Source of the DNA: Candidatus Saccharimonadota bacterium
GTDB lineage: Bacteria; Patescibacteriota; Saccharimonadia; Saccharimonadales; Saccharimonadaceae
Assembly (NCBI GenBank): GCA_009992235.1
Contig: JAACVZ010000001.1
Location: 111,465 to 135,464 of the forward strand
Length of the DNA: 24,000 nucleotides
Direction of reading: 5' to 3'
Both the position numbers and the translations under genes were made by a program. The stretch's first letter is position 1, and each line of letters starts with the position of its first letter. Positions 8,907 through 16,398 of this stretch are shown in pieces. The notes beneath the pieces are model-generated. The model was not told where the DNA came from. It ran no database searches and saw only the letters and a program-made list of their open reading frames with translations.

Positions 8907-8928
8907 GTAAGCGTTATAGTTACGCTAC
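8907..8928 (-). promoter_or_regulatory. Small hairpin in the 5' leader of the DUF3048 gene
   Basis: AGCGT-N7-ACGCT, extendable with one bulge, between the predicted promoter and the ATG at 8900. Confidence 0.5.
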
Positions 8929-8930
8929 GT

Positions 8931-8939
8931 AGTATAGCA
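8931..8939 (-). promoter_or_regulatory. Extended -10 element TGC-TATACT (DUF3048-HK-RR operon)
   Basis: Minus strand TGCTATACT, 30 bp upstream of the ATG at 8900. No clear -35. Confidence 0.6.
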
Positions 8940-8941
8940 CG

Positions 8942-10381
8942 TTATCGGGGGTCTGAGACGGCCTGAGTGAGGCGATTTTGGACAGTTTCTTTTCCAAGGA
9001 TGGCGAGCGTTTCGTCTAATGCTGGGCTAAACGGTGCCCAAGTGGTAGCAATACGCACAAGGCTAAAGAGAATGCCAGGTTTTTGGCCAGTTTTTTCGAG
9101 AAGTTGGTTGAGTGTTTCTTGAATAGATGCCGCTGACCAGTCTGTTTGCGACGCGAGTACGTCTAACGCTGCTTGCAAGAGTTCTTTCTGCTGGGCTGGG
9201 CTAAGTTTCTTCAATTGTTTATTACCATCGACAAGCGACCAATCTATGGCAGGCTCTTCAAAGAAGTATTGGGTTAGAGCCGGTAGGTCAGCTAATGTTT
9301 TAAGCCTGTCTTGGGCGAGCGAAAGCACCTTTAGACGGTATTCAGGGTCGGCGCTACGGGCAGATTCTGGCCAGAAAGGTTCAACGCGCTTTGAAAGTTC
9401 TTCGAGAGATAGCGCACGAATATGTTGTCCGTTGAGCCACAGAAAACGCTGTTCGTCAAAGCGGGCTGGGCTTTTTTGTACACGGTCAAGTGAGAACGTC
9501 TTAATGAGTTCATCGGTCGTGAAGACTTCCTGCTCGGTACCATCATTCCAGCCAAGCGTCGCTAGGAAGTTTACCATCGCCTCGGGTAGATAGCCTTCTT
9601 TTCCGTAATCAAGTATGTCTTTTGCGCCATCTCTTTTACCGAGCTTCTTTTTGCCGTCTATTGCCATAACGAACGGTAGCGTAGCAAGTACGGGTCGCTT
9701 AAGCTTAAGAGCATCGTATAGGTTTAGAAATTTTGGAGTACTACTGAGGAATTCCTGGCTTCGAAGTACATGGGTAACTTCCATGATGGCGTCATCTACA
9801 ATGTGGCAGAAGTTGTAGGTTGGGTATCCGTCGCTTTTGATAATGATAAAGTCATCAATCGCCTCTTCGCCTGATGATAGCTCGCCCATGACTGCATCGT
9901 GCCAGGTGTAATTTTGAGGATTGGATTTGAAACGAAGCGGTTGCGATCCGTCCCAGGCAGGAGGCTGTTCTGGCCGATGGTCGCGGTACAAAAAAGGACG
10001 CTTCTCGGCTTTAGCCTTTTCACGAAAAGCATCAAGTTCTTGTGGGCTGTATGGGTCAGCATAGGCTCGTCCAGCGTCAACCAAGCGCTGAGCCCATTCT
10101 TTGTATATTTCGAGACGCTCAGATTGGATATAGGGCTGGTGCGGTCCACCTACGGCTATACCTTCGTCCCACTGGACTCCGAGCCACTGCAGGCTGTCGC
10201 CGATATGCGCAATACTTCCCTCGACCTCACGTTGTTTGTCGGTATCTTCTATGCGAAGAATGAAGGTGCCGTTATTCCCTGCCTGTCTAGCAAGTAGCCA
10301 AGCAAATAGTGCCGTGCGGGCTGCACCGACGTGCATGAAGCCGGTTGGGCTAGGTGCGAAACGGGTTCGAATAGTTGTCAT
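8942..10381 (-). CDS. gltX: Glutamyl-tRNA synthetase
   Basis: TRFAPSPTGFMHVGAARTALFAWLLAR, FILRIEDTD, KKKLGKRDGA (KMSKS-like), EQRFLWLNG. 479 aa. Confidence 0.96.
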   Translation of the reverse strand: MTTIRTRFAPSPTGFMHVGAARTALFAWLLARQAGNNGTFILRIEDTDKQREVEGSIAHIGDSLQWLGVQWDEGIAVGGPHQPYIQSERLEIYKEWAQRLVDAGRAYADPYSPQELDAFREKAKAEKRPFLYRDHRPEQPPAWDGSQPLRFKSNPQNYTWHDAVMGELSSGEEAIDDFIIIKSDGYPTYNFCHIVDDAIMEVTHVLRSQEFLSSTPKFLNLYDALKLKRPVLATLPFVMAIDGKKKLGKRDGAKDILDYGKEGYLPEAMVNFLATLGWNDGTEQEVFTTDELIKTFSLDRVQKSPARFDEQRFLWLNGQHIRALSLEELSKRVEPFWPESARSADPEYRLKVLSLAQDRLKTLADLPALTQYFFEEPAIDWSLVDGNKQLKKLSPAQQKELLQAALDVLASQTDWSAASIQETLNQLLEKTGQKPGILFSLVRIATTWAPFSPALDETLAILGKETVQNRLTQAVSDPR

Positions 10382-10389
10382 ATGGTCGT

Positions 10390-10398
10390 ATTATAACA
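10390..10398 (-). promoter_or_regulatory. Extended -10 element TGT-TATAAT for gltX
   Basis: Minus strand TGTTATAATACGACCATATG. 8 nt between the -10 and the ATG. Confidence 0.7.
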
Positions 10399-10406
10399 GA
10401 TGTCGC

Positions 10407-11354
10407 CTAGAGGCTGGTTGCGATACGTCGGATCTGTTCGTTTGAGAGGTGTGCGTTACTAGTGATGGTGTACAGGACTCCACCGTTCACCCAGGTGGCA
10501 CTTCGGTCGTAGCTGTAAATAGTTAATCCTCGTTCACGAGTCGTGACATAGTTATCGCCGACTGTCTTTTTCACGATGTTGTCTAGAACTGCAGTTGAGT
10601 CCCATGAGCTCTCTGTTTGGCGGATAGTATAGGTATCGTCATTGCTGTTTGATGCAAAGCTAAGAACAACCTCACCTTCGCTGTAGCTCACGGGATGGTG
10701 CAGGCTGAAGCCGTCAGGAACGTAGTCTGGGTACTGGGCCTCGACACCTGCTTGGGCTGATGCTATTGACACCGACACTGCAGGGACGAGCCGGTATATA
10801 CCGTAAGCAACACCAAGAAGTGCGCCGACAACAAGGACTACGATAAGCAGTCGTTTTTTCCAGGGCTCAAGCGGACGTCGTTTTTTCGATGTTGATTTAT
10901 TGTCATTTTGCAGGGCGGCAGTAATTGCTTTGTCTTTGATTTCTTTGCCTGTAGCGATAGCTTTCTCTCGTGGTTTTGCAAGCGCGGCGTGTCTTAAAAC
11001 GGCACGTTCGGCCATTGGGTGCGCCTGAGGCGGCCGGTGGGGCGTGTCTGTGATTGGCTTTGGTGATAGTTTTTTCGTAACAGGGTGTGGTGCAAACCGA
11101 CTAACTTTCGAGTTTCTTGCTATATCCATTGTTCGACCCTTGGTCGGGTGTTTTACGACAGGTGTAGGTTTTTTAACCGCACTACGACGCAATGTTTTTG
11201 ATCGCTGTGTCTGTTCGTGGATATTTGTTGCCTGAGTACGTGGCTCTGGTTTTTTCGGTACAGACTTTTTCGAAGCTGGTTCGGGACGTGCGGGAAGTCC
11301 GGTGACTGCATCGTACATCCGCCCGTTTATAGTAACTGTTTTGTTTGTCGCCAT
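10407..11354 (-). CDS. Single-pass membrane protein with a basic N-terminal region and a DUF4367-like C-terminal domain
   Basis: TM segment WKKRLLIVVLVVGALLGVAYGIYRLV. C-terminal YPDYVPDGFSL...YTIRQTESSWDS...GVLYTITSNAHLSNEQIRRIATSL. Start taken at MATNKTV rather than the ORF-track M at 11417. Confidence 0.75.
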   Translation of the reverse strand: MATNKTVTINGRMYDAVTGLPARPEPASKKSVPKKPEPRTQATNIHEQTQRSKTLRRSAVKKPTPVVKHPTKGRTMDIARNSKVSRFAPHPVTKKLSPKPITDTPHRPPQAHPMAERAVLRHAALAKPREKAIATGKEIKDKAITAALQNDNKSTSKKRRPLEPWKKRLLIVVLVVGALLGVAYGIYRLVPAVSVSIASAQAGVEAQYPDYVPDGFSLHHPVSYSEGEVVLSFASNSNDDTYTIRQTESSWDSTAVLDNIVKKTVGDNYVTTRERGLTIYSYDRSATWVNGGVLYTITSNAHLSNEQIRRIATSL

Positions 11355-11501
11355 GTGGTGTGTAAATCCTCGCAATTTGCCATATATATAGAGACGTCGG
11401 TATGGGGAACGGCACAATTCGTGACGTCCGCATACATTAACCCTATAGTAGAGCGTCTATCGTGCTTATGCAACCCTCTGGTTAAAATCACACGAAACCA
11501 T

Positions 11502-11507
11502 TATACT
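11502..11507 (+). promoter_or_regulatory. Putative -10 (TATACT) of the PEGA gene
   Basis: CATTATACTGAGACGAAGTCATG. 11 nt between the -10 and the ATG at 11519. No TGn. Confidence 0.45.
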
Positions 11508-11518
11508 GAGACGAAGTC

Positions 11519-12979
11519 ATGTTTCGACGTCCATCTCAAAGAAAGCAACTAATTCAGCGAATTGTCGTATCAATAATCGCGATGCTTTTTATTGTTGCCG
11601 GTGTTATTGTGACGGTTTTATTCATTCTTGGTTACCGGCTCGATAGCGACAGCGGCCGCTTAGAGCAAGGAGCGCTGCTTCAGTTTGAATCAGTACCAGG
11701 CGGTGCGGGCGTCTTTGTTGATGGTAACTACACAGGTAGTCAGACGACAACTAAGCGGACCGTTATTGCCGGAACGCATACGTTTATGGTTCAACGTCAA
11801 GGCTATGAAGATTGGGTAAAGACGCTTGATGTTCAGGCCGGTACGCTTACGTGGCTCGACTACATCAGACTAGTTCCTAAGGACCGTTCAGTAAAAGACG
11901 TTGCCTCATTCGCGTCTCTTTCGGGGGCAAAAGCATCACCCGACAGACAGACATTCATTGTCCAAGAAAAAAGTAGTGAACCAGCGTTCACCGTTGTTAA
12001 TCTTAGCGAGGAGAATGTACGCACAAGTAAGGTGATAATCCCCCAAGACGTATATAGTGACGATGCAGTTGTTGGTGCATCTCACGAGTTTAGACTCCAT
12101 GAGTGGGACCAGAGCGGGCAGTTTGTTATTGTTACGCATCACATAGACAACCAGGTTCAGTGGTTGGTAGTTGATACGCAGAATGTATCAGCTAGTAGAA
12201 ACGTCACTCGCCTACTCGGCGTTCAGCTTAGTGATGCTGTATTTATGGGAACTGGCGGAAGGACGCTGTACGGTCTAACGCAGGATGGCTTAATTCGACG
12301 CCTCGATTTAGATGAGGCTGTTATATCTCGCCCTCTTGTTAGCCGTGTTGATCAGGTATCACTTAATAATGAGACAAAAGTTATTAGTTATGTTGGCACC
12401 GACCCTCATGACGCTGAGCTGAAGGTCGCTGGGGTGTATCGTGATGGTGATGATGAGGGCTATGTTATACGAAGCACAAAGACGGATGAGGCGCTGTCTA
12501 TTTCAACTGTTCGACAGCATAGCGATGATTACGTTGCTGTTTCACAAGGAAACGTCCTCAGTATCCTAAAGGGAACATACCCTAGTTCGAGTGACGGCAC
12601 TGTCACGAGCTATGCTCCGTATGCGACCGTTTCAACGACTGCTCCAATAAGCACTGTTTCATTCAGCAAGACTGGTTCGTATCTTGTGGCGCGCGCTGGG
12701 ACGGAGCTGGTTGGCTACGATATGCTGCAAAAACGTTCAACAGTAGCGACGCTACTCGACAGTGAGCGGACTTTCCAGTGGCTTGATGATGCACACCTTT
12801 GGACTGATACGGCGGCGTCTTTAACTATGCGCGACTTTGACGGGACAAACCGGTACGAAATAATGAGTGTAGCTGAAGGCTTTGACGCAACTCTCAGTCG
12901 TAGCGGACGCTACATGTATAGTATTGGTGAGCGCGACAATAGTTACGTATTGCAACGCGTAAAAATGATTCTTGATTAG
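11519..12979 (+). CDS. PEGA-domain membrane-anchored protein with beta-propeller-like C-terminal region
   Basis: TM segment RIVVSIIAMLFIVAGVIVTVLFILGYRLD. PEGA-like LQFESVPGGAGVFVDGNYTGSQTTTKRTVIAGTHTFMVQRQGYEDWVKTLDVQAG. Repeated beta-blade-like segments follow. Confidence 0.85.
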   Translation: MFRRPSQRKQLIQRIVVSIIAMLFIVAGVIVTVLFILGYRLDSDSGRLEQGALLQFESVPGGAGVFVDGNYTGSQTTTKRTVIAGTHTFMVQRQGYEDWVKTLDVQAGTLTWLDYIRLVPKDRSVKDVASFASLSGAKASPDRQTFIVQEKSSEPAFTVVNLSEENVRTSKVIIPQDVYSDDAVVGASHEFRLHEWDQSGQFVIVTHHIDNQVQWLVVDTQNVSASRNVTRLLGVQLSDAVFMGTGGRTLYGLTQDGLIRRLDLDEAVISRPLVSRVDQVSLNNETKVISYVGTDPHDAELKVAGVYRDGDDEGYVIRSTKTDEALSISTVRQHSDDYVAVSQGNVLSILKGTYPSSSDGTVTSYAPYATVSTTAPISTVSFSKTGSYLVARAGTELVGYDMLQKRSTVATLLDSERTFQWLDDAHLWTDTAASLTMRDFDGTNRYEIMSVAEGFDATLSRSGRYMYSIGERDNSYVLQRVKMILD

Positions 12980-12988
12980 TTCAACGAC

Positions 12989-14164
12989 CTAACCGAATAG
13001 TCGCTCTAGGAACGTTGGTGAGTTGCCTGGTATAGTTGCCTCATCGGTCGTCTCTCCGCTTCCTGCGGGCGCTGGAGCAGCTTTAGCGGGGTCTGGACTG
13101 ACTTGTTCGGCCGTGACTAGCAAGCGATTGAGTGCCGTACCTAGTGGCGTACAGGTAATAAGCGTCAGCATAGGTTTCTTGGTGTCATAAATGAGCTTAC
13201 CTACCTCGTTTGGTTGCACAACCTCTTTTTTGGTAATGACGTAGGTGTAACGGACGCCTTCGTAGTTTGCATAGAGCGTATCGCCGGGGGCAAGTTTGTC
13301 GAGCTGTGCAAAGATGAATTTGTAATCTCCACCATCGAACAGGTCGTTACTGCTGTGGCCCGATAGTACCGTGTTGCCTACTTCACCGGGGCGACTGTTC
13401 GCTCCGGGAATAGCAAAGTGCGCCACGCCATTTTCCATGGCCGCCATCTGTGAATCGTTGTCATAGCCAACGCCGTAGATAACCGGAACATCAACATTAA
13501 TTTTTGGAATAATTAGTTTCGGATCTTGACTAACTTTTGTATCTTCGCCGGGGTTTACGACGATATTCTGCGGACTAATTGCTCCCGGAGACACGTATGC
13601 GTGAACTGAGGCTACAATAACTCGGTTGTACTGCAAGAACATGAACAATAACACTACTATGAGTGACGCAGCAATAGGCATAAAGTGACGGCTTTTCCGG
13701 ACCTTCTTTGCCGAGTCTTGTACTTTTGAAAGCAGCTGCGTGCGAAGTTCGGTCAGAGCGGCGTCCTTAGTAACTGTTGCTGGTTCTTCGGGTTCGGGTT
13801 GATGCGAGAAATAGCTTTGGGCGGTTTGAGTCGTTACTTCGGGCTCGGTTGGTTTATTGTGCGCATAATATTGCTCGTAATAAGACTGATAGTAGTTCTG
13901 CCAGGCACTGTGGTAGGCTTTCCACTGCTCGGCCTGCGGAAGTGGATGTGCGGCGTGTGTTCGGTTGAATACGCCGTGTTGAGCGGGTTGTGCGGGTATC
14001 TGGGCTTGAGGTTGTGGTTGCTGTTGTTGCGGTGCGGGCGTATCGTCAGACGAGCTTCCGTATAACGAGTCAATCTGCAGACGGATTAGGTCGGCAGCGG
14101 TATCTTGATTTGACTGAGGTGCGGCCGAACGGTCTCCACCTTGACTGTTGTTATCGGGCTTCAT
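12989..14164 (-). CDS. Sortase family transpeptidase with a long low-complexity cytoplasmic N-terminus
   Basis: TM segment, IPKINVDVPVIYG, GNTVLSGHSS (catalytic His), LTLITCTPLGTALNRLLVTAE (catalytic Cys and Arg). Confidence 0.92.
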   Translation of the reverse strand: MKPDNNSQGGDRSAAPQSNQDTAADLIRLQIDSLYGSSSDDTPAPQQQQPQPQAQIPAQPAQHGVFNRTHAAHPLPQAEQWKAYHSAWQNYYQSYYEQYYAHNKPTEPEVTTQTAQSYFSHQPEPEEPATVTKDAALTELRTQLLSKVQDSAKKVRKSRHFMPIAASLIVVLLFMFLQYNRVIVASVHAYVSPGAISPQNIVVNPGEDTKVSQDPKLIIPKINVDVPVIYGVGYDNDSQMAAMENGVAHFAIPGANSRPGEVGNTVLSGHSSNDLFDGGDYKFIFAQLDKLAPGDTLYANYEGVRYTYVITKKEVVQPNEVGKLIYDTKKPMLTLITCTPLGTALNRLLVTAEQVSPDPAKAAPAPAGSGETTDEATIPGNSPTFLERLFG

Positions 14165-14183
14165 CTTTAATCCTATTCATTTC

Positions 14184-14195
14184 TATTGTACAATA
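14184..14195. promoter_or_regulatory. Palindromic bidirectional -10 element TATTGTACAATA shared by sortase (-) and tRNA-Leu (+)
   Basis: Perfect 12-bp palindrome. TACAAT reads on both strands, 8 bp upstream of tRNA-Leu and 20 bp upstream of the sortase ATG. Confidence 0.6.
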
Positions 14196-14202
14196 CATGG
14201 GC

Positions 14203-14289
14203 GCCGCGATGGTGGAATTGGTAGACACGCGAGACTCAAAATTTCGTGTCCATCTGGACGTGCCGGTTCAAGTCCGGCTCGCGGTACCA
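14203..14289 (+). tRNA. tRNA-Leu (anticodon CAA), CCA encoded
   Basis: GCCGCGATGGTGGAATTGGTAGACACGCGAGACTCAAAATTTCGTGTCCATCTGGACGTGCCGGTTCAAGTCCGGCTCGCGGTACCA. Long variable arm GTCC/GGAC, T-arm GCCGG-TTCAAGT-CCGGC. Confidence 0.96.
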
Positions 14290-14309
14290 GAAAAATTTAT
14301 AAAATTAAT

Positions 14310-14353
14310 ACGCCCCGGCCACAAAAGTCGTACTGACTTAGCGGCCGGGGCGT
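14310..14353 (-). terminator. Strong GC-rich hairpin terminator, possibly bidirectional
   Basis: ACGCCCCGGCC...GGCCGGGGCGT with inner AAGTC/GACTT. On the minus strand it is followed by ATTAATTTTATAAATTTTT. Located 12 bp past the stop of the 14366-14785 gene. Confidence 0.85.
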
Positions 14354-14365
14354 TGTTGTGCACCT

Positions 14366-14785
14366 CTACTCCTCCTCTTCCCAATATCGGTCGAATTCGT
14401 TTTCGAAATAATCTTCGAAGTCAGAGAAGCCGACGAAAGACTCGGGGTTGGGTCCGGAGGGCTCAGGGAGTAGGTGCTTCTTCTTGGCCGCGACCATGAA
14501 ATTCACCGGGCTCCACAAACCACCCTCGTACGGAACGGTACCGGTGTCGGACAGAAAGTGAGTTCTGACATCACCGTACTCGGTGGGTCGAATGTCCACC
14601 ATCAGTTGCTTACCTAAGAAGCGAGAAGCGTGCGTTTGTACGTACGGTTCGCGAACAACAACACCTTCTTCCATTGTTCCGTATTCGGTGTTGAACCGAA
14701 CGACCGAACAGCCGCGTCGGAGGTCGTTAATGGCCAGGGCGGACGGGTGAAGCGGGTTCTTCCTCTTCAGTTGAGTAGCCTTCAT
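14366..14785 (-). CDS. Hypothetical protein, 139 aa, acidic C-terminus, no family recognised
   Basis: ORF with a GAAGGGA Shine-Dalgarno-like sequence upstream of the ATG, a consensus promoter, and a terminator immediately downstream. C-terminus NEFDRYWEEEE. Confidence 0.8.
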   Translation of the reverse strand: MKATQLKRKNPLHPSALAINDLRRGCSVVRFNTEYGTMEEGVVVREPYVQTHASRFLGKQLMVDIRPTEYGDVRTHFLSDTGTVPYEGGLWSPVNFMVAAKKKHLLPEPSGPNPESFVGFSDFEDYFENEFDRYWEEEE

Positions 14786-14862
14786 GGTAGCGTCCCTTCA
14801 GGAGTACTAGATTGTGAGTGGGTGCAAAATCCTCGCAAAGTTAAACCGCGGGAATGCTACAT

Positions 14863-14891
14863 ATTATAGCAAAAAACATTACATTTGTCAA
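14863..14891 (-). promoter_or_regulatory. Perfect-consensus promoter TTGACA-N17-TATAAT with extended -10 (TGC)
   Basis: Minus strand TTGACAAATGTAATGTTTTTTGCTATAAT. Confidence 0.85.
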
Positions 14892-14906
14892 TCTATCGGT
14901 GCGGTT

Positions 14907-15692
14907 CTAGGAGATGGCTGTCGTGAACGCTTCAACCGGTTTTGTCGGGTTCCAGAGCCAGTATACGGCCATGCTCGTAGCCACGCTTCCCCGCCAAATC
15001 GCCATTGGGTTCGTCCATTCGACAGACACGACGCCGCCGTTATGGGCAATTAGTAGGTGGTCATTATGAAGGACGGCTACGGCGGTCGGGTATGTGATAG
15101 TGAACTTGTGAAGTGCTTCAACCAAATTGGTCAGCTGCATGCTAAAAGTTAGCACCTTTGGATAATAAATCGACTGAAATAACTTCTGAAGCTGTGCGAA
15201 TGAAACAACTAGCAGCGTATTGTCGCGTTCGACGAGTGCCTGAGGGCTATTTTTTATAAGATCAATCGCATCACGGGTTATAACTAACCTTCCCTCGTAG
15301 TCTCGAAGAAACTCTTCGTAGACAATAGCGGTCTCGCTGCTTCGGCCGGCATCGCCAACCAAGAGTACGGCATCTGCCCATGATCCGAGGGCTCGCATTT
15401 CTGGTAGCGCATCTTTAGCGAGGCTGCCCGAGGGGTTGGTGGTTGCAAATACGGTGTTGGTGATAGTTGGTGGAATAGATTTCTTGAGAGCATCTGGCAA
15501 TAGAACACGAATCTCCCCAGCCCCAGTACTCGAGGCGGTTACGTATGCCTCGCCAACTCCGGCAAAACCAAGCGTGTTGCCGCCAATAATACCAAGCTTT
15601 CCGGCGCGCGAACGTTGCTCGGGTCGACTCCATTGGATGTCTGGAAAGAGTGGCTTAAAACCGGTCTGTTTTTTCCAGTATGAATGGTCCAT
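14907..15692 (-). CDS. Ribokinase-fold protein distantly resembling ADP/ATP-dependent NAD(P)H-hydrate dehydratase (NnrD)
   Basis: RAGKLGIIGGNTLGFAGVGEAYVTASSTGAGEIRVLLPDALKK and DAVLLVGDAGRSSET resemble NnrD. The expected GTGD motif is not present. Confidence 0.55.
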   Translation of the reverse strand: MDHSYWKKQTGFKPLFPDIQWSRPEQRSRAGKLGIIGGNTLGFAGVGEAYVTASSTGAGEIRVLLPDALKKSIPPTITNTVFATTNPSGSLAKDALPEMRALGSWADAVLLVGDAGRSSETAIVYEEFLRDYEGRLVITRDAIDLIKNSPQALVERDNTLLVVSFAQLQKLFQSIYYPKVLTFSMQLTNLVEALHKFTITYPTAVAVLHNDHLLIAHNGGVVSVEWTNPMAIWRGSVATSMAVYWLWNPTKPVEAFTTAIS

Positions 15693-16398
15693 CCTGCTCC
15701 TTTCCTTCCTTCCCGAGAGTATAGGCGATGTTTTTTCGTTGGATAACTACTTTCCAGTCTTTTTTCATGGCGACATCGAACAGAGGTGCAGATGGATTAA
15801 AAGCGATAGGCGTATCAACAATTTCAAGTATTGAGATGTCCCCCTCCGTATCACCAACCGCAACGCTTCCTTTGAGGGTAAGTTCTGGGTGTGACCCAAG
15901 ATACTCTGTGACAATAGAGTGTTTTCTACCCGGAACGCGGCGAATAATTGTGCCTGTGAAGGTTTCACCGTCTCGTTCGTACAGAGCACCGATGCAATCA
16001 TCAAAACCGTAGCGTTCGGTAAATGGCTCAACAATCTCTTGTTGAGAACCACTAACAGCTAGCAGGAAGTAACCCTGTTTTTTTAACGATTTGGCCAGAT
16101 TTTTTGTGTATGCATATGTTTTATGACCCGATTGAGCCATAACTGCCTTTACTGCATCGTTATAGACGTCTATGGGTAGCGACGCGATGATTGGTTCGAG
16201 CGAGTTGACGACCGCCATTTCATAGTCATGCCAGTCACGAAGGCCAGCGTTCCACTCGACGAGTGCATTCTCGAGAAGTTCTGCAGTGGGAGCATCGAAT
16301 ACGCCTCTGCTATTGAGCTCGAAGACAAGTTCATGATAAAGCTGCCAGCGGAAAAGAGTCCCGTCTATATCGAACACGGCAATTGGCTGTTTTTTCAT
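15655..16398 (-). CDS. HAD-superfamily phosphatase (SerB/HAD-IB-like)
   Basis: AVFDIDGTLFRWQLY, LLAVSGSQQEIV, VAVGDTEGDISILE. Overlaps the downstream gene. Confidence 0.9.
   Translation of the reverse strand: MKKQPIAVFDIDGTLFRWQLYHELVFELNSRGVFDAPTAELLENALVEWNAGLRDWHDYEMAVVNSLEPIIASLPIDVYNDAVKAVMAQSGHKTYAYTKNLAKSLKKQGYFLLAVSGSQQEIVEPFTERYGFDDCIGALYERDGETFTGTIIRRVPGRKHSIVTEYLGSHPELTLKGSVAVGDTEGDISILEIVDTPIAFNPSAPLFDVAMKKDWKVVIQRKNIAYTLGKEGKEQDGPFILEKTDRF

Noticed and set aside
9630-9680. GluRS KLGKR in place of the usual KLSKR (KMSKS) motif as a sign of altered function
   Set aside because: One-residue variation in a tolerant loop of an otherwise canonical enzyme. Not enough on its own.
11355-11417. 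Extended start of the DUF4367-like ORF (MCRSPYRRLYIYG...)
   Set aside because: The region contains a plausible -10 and leader. MATNKTV at 11354 is a more natural start.
13990-14499. ORFs 13990..14499 (+) and 14148..14336 (+) containing MVELVDTRDSKFRVHLDVPVQVRLAVPE / RRDGGIGRHARLKISCPSGRAGSSPARG
   Set aside because: These are the well-known spurious translations of a tRNA-Leu gene. They overlap tRNA-Leu(CAA) at 14203-14289.
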